Below are positions 35,180 through 48,682 of a stretch of 64,000 nt of DNA, in pieces. The notes beneath the pieces are model-generated. The model was given only the letters and a program-made list of their open reading frames with translations, searched no databases and was not told the origin of the DNA. This DNA comes from Klebsormidium nitens (Eukaryota > Plantae > Klebsormidiophyceae): NCBI GenBank assembly GCA_000708835.1, contig DF237091.1:1-64000 (forward strand), in the 5' to 3' direction. Numbering within the stretch: position 1 is the first letter of the stretch; each line of letters starts with the position of its first letter. Position numbers and translations under genes: made by a program.

Positions 35180-36784
35180 AATGGCGTTTGAACGTGTTTA
35201 CTTAAGTTGTTTCGTGAACTTGTTTGGAAGTCTAATAACCAGCGTGCATAAGCAGCAAGACTGATGACCTTGAGGTGCACCCGCCATTCGTCTTCGAATT
35301 CATGAAGTATGTATATTTCATCAATGTATTTTACATTCATATTGCTAGTCATTTCTAAGACGCTTATTCGACTTCGCCTCAAGGTCATGTTTAGTTTAAT
35401 TCTACATTTGAGTGGCCGAAAGTGTCTCGAGTGGGCTCTTTTCGTGAATATATCAATGACCAGTTGAATCCTTTACATGCAATTTGTAAAATGCATATAT
35501 ATCTTGTACACTACCTAGTACCTAGTCATTCTTTCCAACCAAGTATGCAAATTTGTACAAATCAAGCATGATAACAAGGCATGTGCTTATCGTCCGGCCA
35601 TTTTGTTGAATGCTACCACTAAACCGATAATCGGATTGGCTGCTTTTAATAAGGAGCTGTTGGAGCTGCTTACAGCAAGCGCAACGTCTTCAGAGTTCTG
35701 GCCAGTCCGGCTCTAGGCACCCGGCGGAAACAGACTAGCCTCCAATTAACCCTTCGCGAGTTCAGATTTCAGGGTCATCTTACCAGTAATTTGTAAACTC
35801 AATCCCACATCCTTCGGGATTTTTCCGGGTCAGATAACAGTCATATGATTGCGTTTTCAATACGTCACATTTTTTTCGTGAATCTGCGCCAGCGGATCGC
35901 GACGTCAGAAACGGCAAGAGTGACAACAGACAGAAGGTGAACGACCGTCCATTTCATCCATGACCAACGAAATCAGCTCTAAAGGCCGTCGATCTAAAGA
36001 CCGGATTGCTCACGTAACTGGTTGTTTTCTGTCGGGTTGAAACCGGCTCTGGTAATGATGAAAGCCGAATCCTCTCCAGACGAACTGTCTCCATAAGCAT
36101 TGTGCAACTCAGCCTCAAGGCCGGTTGGCACCCCGGTTGGACTGATGTGTACCCCGGTAGCCTAGACCATGGGGCTAATGTGCTGTACAGCCTCAGTACA
36201 GGCCCCACGGTACATGCAAAAGTGCACGGTACGACAATCCGGGTCAGAACACCCGGTCAGTCATGCGTTTCCAAGTACTGAACATTGTTGCTACATGATG
36301 ACATTCGAAATGGTCAAAACTTCAAGAAAGAAGCCTGGGCAACATTGAGTGCCATGGCGGAGAAGGGGAAGGACTCAGGAGCGCATGAAGAGGCTTCTGC
36401 ACGTTTCCATCTGCATTTTCAGCTGAAACGTTTATGTTGAGGCTGGTGACTAGCGGTATTGCGGGTTTGCTGACCCTGATGTGGCGGTGTGATGAAGTAA
36501 AGGTTTGCGGCGCCGACCCTGGGCGCAAAAGTCCCTCTGAGGCTTGCAGGATTTGTCTGGCCTGAAGGCGAGCAGCAAACTGTCTGAGCTTCATCTGGTC
36601 CTTTTCCACTGCGGTTGCTCGTTGTTTCATGCTCGGCTCGGCAATCTTGTCACAGATGGGGATTCATGGTGGACTGTATTGAGCAAGGGGCTCATTGCAT
36701 CAGCATGTGTCAAGTGGCCATTCTCAGCGCATAATACAGCAGGTCAACAAGAGGAGGAGGGTGGCACTCGTCCGGACGAAGGAG

Positions 36785-39700
36785 ATGGCTTTGATGATGA
36801 TGGATCAAAGGCCCACTTCAGTGGTGCAATCGGGCATCCGCTTGAAGCTCATCTTTCTTACACTGTTGAGCGTAGTACTCTGCCTCGCAAGTGTAGACGC
36901 AGCATTCTATGCAAGCACAGCCACCGAGGCTTCTATCAAAGGAACGTGCCAACTGCCTGGTGAATCAAATGAAAGCAACTCAGGAACGAAGCCCCTTGTG
37001 TCAGAAGCAGTCAAGGATCTGGTGCTTGTGCCTGTCACCATTGCAAACGGTTCCACATTCACCATGGCAACGCACGTGTACACCACTCGGCCTGAAGATT
37101 GGAGAGAGACACAGGGGAATGGATTTGATGGACTGTGCAGTCACCGGCAGGACATTGCTCTGGTAAGCTGAATCGCAATGACATGCCTATTTAGACTTCC
37201 CCTATTGGATAGAGTGTGGCTGAGTTGATTGTGATACTTACCGTGACTAGCTCTGGTGCACTTTGAAAGGCCCTGTCTGCTTCGTTTTGAATTGGTGAAA
37301 CGATCATGACAGTGGTTTTCTGAGTTTCAATCTTCTATAGTTCGTCCACACCCTGGACATTCTGCAAATCAGCTGACAAACAACAACCATGCTTTTCATG
37401 GATCTTTCTGACTAAACCTTTTCTACTGAAGGCAGGACACTGTTGACGAATAAGTAATGATTTTCTAAAACGTTGTGTATCGGTACTGTCTGACACCTGA
37501 GCACACTGCTTTTGTTTAGGTTCTTCTGCATGGTGCAACATACAATGCTCGTTACTGGGACGCAGATGCAATTGATGGCCATCCCTATTCATTTGCAAGG
37601 TAGGATTGGTCAACTTCCAACTTATGAGGTTACAAGCCTCGATAATTGGTGTTTGTAATTCAATGTTGTGTATTATACGCTTGAGGGGAAGAAGTGCTCA
37701 CGTGTTGCATAGGCGTGACTGCTATACTCTCCGTCAAATCAGTTGCTGAAGTAGGTTGATCCTGGAAGGATTTAGATAGTAATCATCCATCCCGTATGAG
37801 ACACTATCGGTGTCTTTCAAGTTTGGGAAGCTGCCAAAGATAAAAAGTGAGGTACCCTGTGAAAGTTTCAGTCTTTGAAGGTGGTGCCAAAAACCTGGCA
37901 AAGAGACAGTGTGAACTTCCAAACTTTCACAAATCGCTGAAATGTTCAGGCCATCTCGGCATGACAGGTTCATGCTGTGGCCTGAGTCGTGCTTTTCTTT
38001 GTCTTGCAGGCACTTTGCAAGGCTCTGTTACTCGGTGATTGCTTTAGACATGCTCGGGGCGGGCCAGTCAGACAGGCCAGATGGCTTCTCACTCAACACC
38101 AATGATCACGTGCTGACCATACACCAGATCCTCAAGTGAGTTTGAAAATGTTGTGCTGAAGCAATCAATGTTTGTCCTTGAGCAATTTGGGATACAGGGT
38201 GCAAAAAGGCTTTCAGAAATCCCTCTCTGGCACTGCCTGGGTGTGTGCACAGAAGATGGCCTTCTCTCGCAAGTTGTCCTTTGCTCTTCAGCAGACTGGA
38301 ACACTCTGGACATTCGTTATCACTAAACCATTCTGAACCTGACTCTGTTCACTTTCAGAACCGCTGCTGTTAAAAGTTGAGCCTGGTAGTGCAGAATACC
38401 TTGAAGGAGGTGCACATATAGAAGAAAGCGTTTTACTTTATGAGCGCAGCAGGTTTCCGGCCTTAGAATTAACATGATTGTTTTAGAATCACCTTTCTTA
38501 CCTTGTCGGAACCAACGCTAATGTATCTACTGTTGTACCACGTTTGGACCTCCATCAGCATCATCTTCTAATGGAGCTCAACTTTTCCCCACAAAATATC
38601 TTCAATCTCTTCTCGGCAAGCTGAGCGATGATTGAAGCCAACAGAGCCATGCAGCTACCAGACCAGTGATCAAATAAACGTCCTTAGAATCCTTTAGTCA
38701 CTTCTTGGCAAGCATAGCCTTGATTGAAGCGATAAGAAAACAGATAAAAAGTCTCTCAAAGCAAAAACGACGTCTGGCACTCCTCGGCAGGTCGCTGCGG
38801 GAGAATGACAACCCCTTTCGCCGCCGGGCGTTCAAGCACGTGGTCCTCATGGGGCATTCTTTCGGCGCCATTCTCGCAAGGAGCGTCGTGGCCTCCTTCC
38901 CTGATTCTGCGGATCTCCTTGTCAATACCGCCGCGAGTTTTGGCTACGAGCCAACGTTGCCAGAGCTCGGGTTTCTGCTTTCAAAGAATCCAGGGCCGTA
39001 CATTAGTCTTCCCAGTGAGTGCTTCTTCGTTTCGACTGCCTTCACTCGCGTGGGATCCCTCCTGTCTTTACCGTCACGTTTGCAGCACATATTGGCAATG
39101 TGACAGGGGAGCAATTGTCCCGCACCTTCTTGGTACTTGTCCTCTCACGATTGCTCAACGCGAGAAGAGTCTGAAAGGCTCGGTCAGGTCTCGTTCAAAC
39201 CATCTTGACTGGTTCACTTCTGTAGGTTTTGTCAGACTCATCTGAGCCTGTCTGCTCAGTGATGTTCAATTTCAGGCTTGGACTGTTTCGAAGAGTACCC
39301 GTTCAGAGTCGTATTGACCACTTATCCGGCCTTGTCTTGTTTCAACAGCATTGCTCCGACTTCAACTCCATTGACTTGCATGAAAATGCTTCTTCCTGGT
39401 CAGTCTTAGCTGCATTTTGAGGAGCTAGGACATCGCTCCTCGGCAACTTCCTCTGATCTCATTGGTCTTCCCATGCTGGGTTGGTTCTGCCTAACTATCT
39501 TGTGTCCCGACGATTTTCTCCCTTTGGCCACTCCTCAGCGTTCCCTCAGCGTTCAAGAATTAAGTAGAACCGAACGGGACGGAGAGGCAGCGTCAAAGCG
39601 CCTCAATTCAGGTCGCTTGTGACAATCAGCTTGAAGCGGATGTTTCCCGCCGCATCCTAAAGAACTGCGTAAACCCCATTTGTCGGGCGTTGAAAGATTG

Positions 39701-40722
39701 AGATCACTCCAGGGGCATTAATTGATTGACGTCACGCATGCTGAGTGATTCGAAGCATCCTTTACAGTAGTCACCTCTTCATCTACCTCTCAAGGAGGTC
39801 GTCGCTAACACTCGGTCTATTTCCTCGCAGCCGAGGGGCCACGTGGCAATATGCGAAAGATCTTTCTGCACGAAGAGACGGTTGCGCCCTCGATGGTGGA
39901 CTACGATCTGACGGCTCTCGTGGAGGCCCTGCCGAGGGCGACCTTCATCGAGCTGGGCCAGCTGTTTGCGTACCGGCGGTCGCCGGAAAGCGAGGATGTT
40001 GCAAAGGTGGTCGAGAAGTTTCAAACGGACCGGGTGAGCGTGCCGTGCAGCTCCGGTTGACTTATCGTTTCTGAAACGGTTACGCCTCTCGAGCAGACCC
40101 TGCTTACAGATGAAAGTTTTGACGCTTGTCACTCTACCTCTCTTTTGCGGTCCTTGTCTAATCTTGTCGCGTGCTTTAAGCGGTACTGGCGACGAAGGCA
40201 GTTGACGTTTAATATGCGTCGAAGCAATACTTCTCGACAGGACATTCCTTGTAGGCGGGACGCTCTGTTGCGTTTCCTGTTCATTAGCTTTACCCGGTCC
40301 TGAAAGTGAGGACGCGAAAAAGCAAACGTCTTTTCGTACCTCTATTCAAGGCTATCTGGCGGCACATACTTCGATAAAAACGGCTTTGTTCTTGGAACCA
40401 TGGGCTTGGTAGTCAAAGAGGCAGCCTTGTAGCTTTTATGGAGCTTCGCTTAAGGGAGCCATGGAGAGTTGACTGAAGCTGTTCCTCTGTGCTACAGATA
40501 AAGATCCCAATCTTTCATCAGTGCGGGGACCGTGATCTTTTTGCGAGCCTGGAGAGCTGTCTACAAGGCCCGCTCTTCTTTCCAAATTCCCCGGAGGTTG
40601 TTACCGACCTGCTAGCCGACACGGGTCACTCGTTCAACCTGCACACAAACAACCTGCTCGGGTGGACGAACATCGCCCGATACGTTGCTGAAAAGTACCC
40701 GGTCGAAAGCTGCATTTTGTGA
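36785..40722 (+). CDS. Secreted alpha/beta hydrolase (GHSFG nucleophile elbow), actinobacterial/fungal-like family, 411 aa
   Basis: Exons 36785-37162, 37520-37599, 38010-38135, 38791-39014, 39831-40033, 40498-40722. N-terminal hydrophobic segment, LLHGATYNARYWD, ALDMLGAGQSDRP, LMGHSFG, GDRDLF and DTGHSFNLH (Ser-Asp-His triad). Confidence 0.88.
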
Positions 40723-42597
40723 CAAGTTCGAGACGACTTGAGGAGCGAACGACGTCAAAGGGAAAAAGGAAGCGATGAAGAGTAGTCAGTTGCGTCTAGC
40801 AGATACAGGCGAGTTTAGTCAGGCCGACGCTTCTTCCGGGGACCGTGAAACAGATCAAGGTTTGCGTCTTTGCGAAAAGGTAGTATTGTGTCGGAATAGG
40901 TAGGATAATTGGCGCTCGTTGAGGGTTATGATTCTGAATCCCATTGCCTTGTTCTCATAAATGCGTCGGCGAGCTATTGTCGTCAACCCATTTCCAAATT
41001 GAAACGTAAGCAGTTAGATACGTAGTCGACTTAGCAGATAGTGGAAAGCGTTGCCTCGAGTTGCTCGTATCAGCTTGCCAGGGGGGCAACACGCATTGAA
41101 GAGTCAGCTTGTGGAACATATATAAGTAAGCTAACGGCACATACTTGAGCAACTTGGGTAGCATGTAACCATGTCGAAAGTGGATTGCGGCCGGGAAAAG
41201 CGTGACACAGAGTAGAGAAAGAGCTGGGACCAGCACTGCGGCACGTACTGTTCTTCATGAGAACATGGATGATCTGATATTTTCGAAGGTAAGCTTTCAG
41301 GACAAGTATCCGTATCTGAGAAACTGACCTCTGAGACTTCTGTTTGGAGTGCATGTAAAGGAAGCCTCTTATCAGCCTCTTGCAACTTTGCAAGTAATCG
41401 CCAGCCTGGGTATCGTGTAACGTACAACGAGTGTCATGGGAGACGGTTGAGCGCTTTGAGAAGCATCAAATTGATCAGGCTGAGCTTGTTAACGTCGGAC
41501 TCACAGTCGACAGCATTCGATCGGCATGATCACGCAATGGACGGCGGTCTCGATGTACAACAGGGGCCTGATCATATGATGTATATATACTAGGTGCATC
41601 ATTGCATATGTGCTCAATCAACGCATTGCGGCGAATCAGAGCAAACCATGCATGAGTGACCGCAATGCTCTATTCAAGTGACCGGCCCGGCCCGCGCACG
41701 ACGAACAGCTAGCTGCATTGTAGCTGCACCACGCGCGCGGGGCGCGCGGCCCAATGATGAATGCATGTGACATTGAAATCGACCTAGCATGCAATAACGA
41801 GTGGATGTGAGTTCCATATGAAAGGCGATAGTTGGCGATAATATATCGCGATGTATATATGATTGGAATCAAAATTTAAAGCTAGATGTATGTTCCAAAT
41901 TATATACACTCATGGAAATGCAAATCATGAAATAATTGGCAGTGCGCATCACGTACCATATCTCCGCGTCGATACACCTTGGGCTACACACAAGCTCGAA
42001 TTTTTTCATGGTACCTGTTGCTATATGCAAACTGCTTGACACCTAATCACGCAGGCTCCACGTTGAAAGTTGGAGATGCCATGAGTGAGCGCCAGAATTG
42101 GAAATTCTGAAGCTTGAAAATCGATCATCATTTTTAGGCACTATATTTTCAGTAACTGCTTAGAATTCGTGGTACGGTCGCATGGAAAACGTTCCCAATT
42201 AAGATGTGTATATTTGTTATGCTCTAACGCCACGTATTGTGAGTTCGACTTCGCACAATGCTCGAAACACCAATTTGGCAACGTTTTAAGGCTCTCGCAA
42301 AGGATGAGAGCCAGGTTTGGACGACGTTTTCAACTACGATTTGACGCGCTGTATACTAGACTCATACCCGCGAAGTTTACTCACACATAGAGGCTTGTAT
42401 CCATGGTTTGCGGACTGCTCACATGCAAATTTGACCACTGGCAACATGTTTGTCACACGCATAATATCATAATGAATTATCTAGCTCCCTCACCTCTCAC
42501 TTCACGACCCTTACGGCAGATATTTGCGCCTGTTTCAACCACTTTTGGCGATAAACATGAGAAGTGGACAAGTAAAAGAGCGATTCAAGCTAGCAAA

Positions 42598-42653
42598 TCG
42601 GACGACCACGCAACTGCAGTCACTATCGGACGACCACGCAACTGCAGTCACTA
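42598..42653 (+). repeat. 28-bp perfect tandem duplication
   Basis: tcggacgaccacgcaactgcagtcacta x2. Confidence 0.92.
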
Positions 42654-42832
42654 ATTTGTACTCAGTGGAATCTTTCAATTTGCAAATCAAAAACGAGTCC
42701 TTACTTGTAATCAATTGAAACAACCAATGCAACTCTATTTTGATCTCGTCTCAGCAATGCGTTGACGCTGACTGTCCGTTGCTTGTGATCTATCATCTAC
42801 ATGCTATCACCAGTGTGCTGCATTTGAGTACT

Positions 42833-45800
42833 CTAGTAATCTGCGGGCGTGGTCACTTCGCCGTCCCAAAATTTGTGAACCGTTTCCACAGCACATCCCT
42901 CGCCGGCCCACATGCCCTTGAAATCCAGAATGCGCACCTGCAACCGGAATGCAGACGAATTCAAATACCATGTCACGCTGAAGTGTATTGACAGCTCAGC
43001 GGAATGACAATGAACCTTTCAAAGAACACGACCCGTACGGTCCATTCCTATGCACCCCTTTTTGCGCCTTATCAATCGATAGAGCTAGGCTTTCGAACCG
43101 TCAGCGCGGCAGCTGTGTCCAACTTTTTCTTTACCAGGTTTGAAGAAAACGAACGCGGAAACCCACTAAACCGTCTCGGCACACCAACACAGTCACCATG
43201 CTGCCCCTGCGCTTTTTGCTGTCGACCCAGGCTCTAGTCAAGTTTTCAAGATCCTACCTCAACATCTCACCTTGGGCTCAATACCGGACAGCGCCTTCAT
43301 GTCCTCGTCGGACAGTTCCCAATCTAGGACGTCCAAATTCTGCTTGATGCGGTCCGGGTTGGTCGACTTGGGCAGAACCGACGTCCCGCGCTGGATGCCC
43401 CACCGGAGGACCACCTGCCCCGGGCTCTTCTTCGTCTTCTCCGCAACCTGAGGGGGGCAAAGCAGATTGTCCGGATGCAGCTGCAGCTCACGTAAACGAC
43501 TGAAATATCCGGACGCCTTGCCCGCAACGGTTTGGATACGCCCCATCACCCAATTGCGACACAAGCACGGGCATGGTTTCTGGCACCGAATGTCACATTC
43601 CTGGAGCACGTCTAGACAAAAGGCACTCTGGACCTACCTCAAATTGTCCTAATTCGAGAGATCGAAGGCACGGAAAAGAAGAGAAGCGATACAGATTGCA
43701 CAGAAAAAAATGCAGGAAGGACAAAGCAGATTGCACAGATAAAATTGCTAAAAGGCGAAGGCAGACTTGGAACAATTTAGCAGAGTCACGAGGGAGAGAG
43801 CAAGAGGGCGGACATTGATCAAGCAGACACAAAATTGGCCGCAAAGTGAGGATGGGGCCAGAACGAAAGTCGGAAGGACGACGAAAGGAGGCCGGGATCG
43901 CTTACCTTCTTGACAACGTCGGTGTCGAGCAGAACGGGAGGCTCGGGCACTCCGTTCGCACGGGGGCGGTCGGCGGAGCCGAGCGGAGAATACGCCTGCA
44001 CCGGAAAGACAAGAGCACGCGTTAGAACGGAGCCGAAGAGAATGCTTCTAGGTCTACTTAGTTGCCATGAGGCAACATTTAAGATGCATCGCTTCGAAAC
44101 CGACCATTCTGTCGCACTGGTCCGAGACGATGGGGCGACGAACTTGTGACTTTCAACAAAGCGGTGAACCGTACTACAAGCAAGAGTGGGGACTTATCAA
44201 GTATCAAGGTTACGCATATGATTGAAAACCTCTTAGGCGTAGTAGGTGGTTAAGGGTGTCATGAAGGTTAAAAGTCGCGGACCAGAGCACAGATAAAAAA
44301 AGCGGAAAGAAGCTCACCGTCACGTGGATGCCCTTGGACTTGCAGAGGTTGAGCAAGTCGTCTTGTGGCCACAGCGGGTGCAACTCAACCTGCCCCGTCA
44401 GCAAACACGCGTCAGGAGCTTGATAACGTCATCTCGCCTGCTGCAACCGGTTATTTTTACAAGGAATCTTGTGCAAGTGTCTTGTGTACGGTTCCCGGTT
44501 GGAGCTGTGCCTCTGTGCAAGATGTATGTTTGCCACTTCAAAGTAGCATTCTTGAACAATAAGATGAAGAAACATGCATTCGGTTTAACGGTTGCCCAAT
44601 TTAGTCCACGCCGAAAGTCGACCCAAAAGGTACTAGCAACTGAGGGCGTCTACTGTGCAAGCCAGATTATTTTTGGGTGATGGTGGGCTTCGCATCAAAT
44701 GCAGATTTTCGGGTCATGAAAAATATCGGGTTTGGCAATAACTCACCTGGTTGACTGCCGGGACCGTACGCTTCAGACTGAGAACGTCGTTCAGCTTCTT
44801 CTGCGTCATGTTGCTGCGAAAAGAAAAGACGTTGAAATCTTGTTACAGGAGACTCGCTCAGGAGTATCTTCGAACAATACTTGCAGTGCATTCTCGGATT
44901 GACATGTAGCCCGACTCCTTGCAACGTTTTGACATATACAGGTGTACTGGTCTCCGTGACAGGTAAGTTCAGCTTTCTCGATTGATCGACTTGTTGGAAT
45001 TGAAGCCATCTGTCCGCCTTTACAGGTAACAAACCTCTCTCTCTACGAAGCCCTTTGCACACGAACATCGAGCATTCACATCCCGTTCGCGGATTTGCAA
45101 AAGTACAAGATTTCACGACAATCAGAAAAACGCAAGCAACAATTGCAATCCCTACCTGACTCCGATGGCCTTGGTCATCCCCTTCTTGAGCACCTCCTCC
45201 ATCTGCTTCCACGTCATGTCGATGTCAAACTCCTGGGCATGCTCGGGCTTGGCAGGGAACGGCGAGTCGGGGGCGAGGCGCACGGGGATATGGATAAGAT
45301 ACAGGTCCAAGTATTCCAGCTGAAGATCGCCCAGAGTCTTCTTCAAAGCGGGCTCAACCCGGCCAGGGCCCTGGAAATAAAAAGGAGGAAGGTAAAATCA
45401 GCTGAGCCTTGTAAGTGCTTCTTGATAGTCCCTTCTTGACAAAGGACGAAAGTCTTTTAAGTCTTTGTTTGTGGTCCCTCTGTGACGAGTATACAGCACT
45501 AGTCCTGGCAGATGAGAAAGCTAGAGTCTCGAAGGCCTCAAGTTGCCCAGAACTTGAGGGAGCTTCGTGCTGAGACCAATCAAACAGTAACTGCGTACTG
45601 CCTCCAACAGAATGGCATGACACAACAACGTGTGCTGTCGCCAATCTCATGAAAAAAAAATCTCAGTTGACTCCGAGAAGCCATGGTAAAGAGGTGTGGA
45701 TGGGTTCTCAAGAAACAGTGTCAGGAAAACATCCTCCAGATTGTCAGCATCTTAAACAAGGGTTTCAAGCTGGAATATTATCAGGGCTGACTGTTCCTGT

Positions 45801-47293
45801 CGATCCACTGACGCTCAGTGCAACCCAACTTGCAGTGACTGACTATTCGGCATCTATCTCGCTGTCAAGACAGCTGGTCTGGTGTCAATCTACAGAAGGC
45901 AGCAAGATCCATTATGAGATCGTTTGATTGAAAAGCTCCCAGTCAAAAAGTATCCCCCTAAGAGAGAGCAGTCAAATCACCTGCTCAGTGGACCACAGCT
46001 TGGAGGTCACCCAGATCTCATGTCGGTTCACAGTCCCCTTCTTGAAGGCAGCAGCCAGGGCCTCTCCAACCTGGTATACGTTGGAGAGGCATAGGTTCAG
46101 ACTCATAGTATGTTGCAGTTAAGCTTCAGTCCTGACTGTATAGTGCGCAAAAGCAAGCAAATCAGGATTGAACATACTGGTACATGTTTGAGGACAACAC
46201 CGAACCACTCATCCATACTTCATCAATTACTTGCATGCAAGCAAGGGCACTAGCTGAGCGATAAACCAGGGCCCTTTCAGATCGAGCATACCGCTGCCTG
46301 TATCCAATGATGCTCAATCTCCTTCGGATTGCTTACCTCCTTCTCATTCCCATACACAGCGGCACAGTCGATGTGGCGGTAGCCAGCCTGAATGGAAAAG
46401 CACGTTGCTTTCATTCGTGTTACCAATAAATTGTAAGGAACCTGGGAGACTGACTCATCCAGAACGTTCACAGACCAAGTAAGATTCAAACCACCACATG
46501 TATGCACACCCTAGAGCAGATTGCTTCTTCACAAGGTCAGATAGTGCTCAATTGTTTTTGATTCTCAAACCCATCTTCGTATGATCTTCGCATCCTTGAA
46601 GGATTAAGAACCATTTATCTTCGAGCTCAGTGAAACCATGCACTGTTCTCTCACCTCCAAAGCCGCAGTGACAGACTCTCCAACCTTCCCAGGCTCTGCA
46701 TCAAGTGGGAAACAGAGGATCAGACCAGCAGATTATGTGGAGGAATGAAAAACGATGAATAAGTGCGGCAAGATCCACCAAAGTAGTATTGCTGAATAGC
46801 TCCAAGGAAAGCAACCGGTCATTCAGAACTCAACAGTTACTCTACTCTGCTGGCAGTGCTGGAATTGTCAACAAGGTTACAAGCAAGATATTCAAGAGAT
46901 TGTTTCAAACACATACTTGCTCAGCTTCAACCCAAGGTAAGCTGCTGCTCATTGCATGCATACATACATGCATGTTGAAACTGTCATCTTATCTCAAGAG
47001 GTTTCGCATTCCCAGCAACTGTGATTCACCCTACACACTCCCTATGGCTGGTTGTACCCCAGAAAGGCAGCTGCAAGACCCTATCAGACGTGATCTAATT
47101 CAAACTTTTGATGGTGGTGATAAGTTGAGCTCCAATCAAAAAGTGCACATCTCATGGATCAAGTTAGCGCCACTAAGACAAAGGGTTTTATCCATAAATT
47201 CAGACAATGCCACCCACCCGACTTCCATGTTCCCAGGCCGACCGCTGGGATCGAGGCACCGGTGTTGAGCGCAAAGGTTTTGGGTAGGGCCAT
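42833..47293 (-). CDS. Aldo-keto reductase (AKR4C/AKR1-like), 327 aa, 10 exons
   Basis: Exons 47293-47218, 46695-46655, 46387-46337, 46070-45981, 45370-45156, 44813-44747, 44389-44318, 43995-43906, 43447-43271, 42937-42833 (984 nt). Motifs IPAVGLGTW, GYRHIDCAAVY, VTSKLW, YLIH, AIGVSN, NQVELHP, AYSPLGS, LPKS and FWDGE. Confidence 0.95.
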
Positions 47294-48139
47294 CGTGCTA
47301 TCTGATGCCGTAGCACAACCAAGTTGATGGTTAGTCTTGGTGCTGAATGCAACAGCTCAAAACCAGCTGAGGATGCCTCGTAATATTCTTGCGCTGCTCG
47401 AATTGGACAAAGGAGAAGCTAGAAACTTTTGTGAGGTTTCGAGCTGGTTTGAGAATCAGCAAAGTCTTGAAAGTTGCAAGGCCGTGTAAGATAGTGTGCT
47501 CTGGACAGGTCCCGACTCTGGTGGAGACGCACCCAGTGTATTAAGCTTGCTGTTCAGGCAGAATTGCTGAGCACTGCGAGAGCGGCCCGCCATTCTGCAT
47601 GCACAGCATGCATCGCACACCTCTTTCCTGCTCTGCCACGCGCTGGATACAGAAGGGTTGGAATTCGTACGTCAGGCTAGCGGGACGTCGAAGCAACCGG
47701 GGAAATGACGTTTGATAAGAAACGGTAGAAAGCAAACCACGGTGCCTCAGGCTTGGCATTGACGTAGGGGAGAACCGGCATAGCTGACGTTGTGTTAACC
47801 AGTGAGATCTGACGGACACAGACCATGATCTCGCAGGCCCAGACGATCGAAGAACAACTTCACAATCAAAACAGCTGGAGCCAGCTGTGCGTTGCCGTCA
47901 GCAAGAAACTTAGAAAGGCGCCGCCCATCGAAGGCCGACTTGAGCTACGTCATAGCAAGTCCCTAGCTAAATTGGCGTTTCTCGTTCTGGGGCAGAGGCA
48001 ACGCCTTCTTCAGGCTAGGTGGGAGTGCACAAAGTATAATATTATCCAGCTCTGCTAGCTCGTGCGCTGAAGAAACACAGCTTTTTGCAGGGATTGTCGC
48101 GCTACTGACTGCAATTCAAGTCAAGCAGCTGGGCTGAAG

Positions 48140-48682
48140 ATGGATATGCAGGACCAGAGCACAGCCACAGATGCGGCGACAGTCTCTGAAACGTCAACTT
48201 TGTCAAACCCACCAGCTTGTAGCAGCACCAGTGCACTTCGGGCACAGCTCGCAATGCTCGCAGCAACTTTAAAGCAGCTGCAGTTGGAACACCCCTTTCT
48301 CATGCGCTGCTTCCTTGCTCTTAGAATTTTGGCTGCGGTTGCGCTGGTCCTGGGCTCCATATGTTTGGCGTGGTTCCTGGCCTGGAAAACGGTCCTGCGA
48401 CATGTGGGTTTCATAAGAGACATTGTGCACGGGGTGCTGGGGGTGAAAAAGCCCCAGAAGAAGCGGCAGACATACGTGAGGAAGTCTGGAGTGGGAGTGA
48501 CGGGGCCGCAAGCGTCGGGTGTCATGGGACTCGGGAGCGAAACGGGGTTGAGGTCAAGCAAGAGCGAAGCGAGGGGTGGTGTGCAGTCTGAGAGAAACCC
48601 GGATGTTGAAAGAGTAATAGGTGGGACTGAAAAGTTTCCAATGCTGAGCGGTGCTGGAATGCATCAAAGAGGCACAGCCTGA
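48140..48682 (+). CDS. Uncharacterised small membrane protein (one or two TM helices); upstream exons possible
   Basis: 180-aa ATG ORF with hydrophobic stretch FLALRILAAVALVLGSICLAWFLAW followed by a basic tail; divergent from the AKR gene. Confidence 0.5.
   Translation: MDMQDQSTATDAATVSETSTLSNPPACSSTSALRAQLAMLAATLKQLQLEHPFLMRCFLALRILAAVALVLGSICLAWFLAWKTVLRHVGFIRDIVHGVLGVKKPQKKRQTYVRKSGVGVTGPQASGVMGLGSETGLRSSKSEARGGVQSERNPDVERVIGGTEKFPMLSGAGMHQRGTA

Noticed and set aside
40955-41427. Fragmented minus-strand ORFs suggestive of a decayed gene or transposon
   Set aside because: No diagnostic motif, TIR or LTR was found.
42200-42335. F-box-like relic RLRTM..QRFKALAKDESQVW
   Set aside because: In-frame stops and too little similarity to call without a profile search.
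42598-42653. CRISPR-like 28-bp repeat
   Set aside because: Two abutting copies with no spacer, no cas genes and a eukaryotic context.
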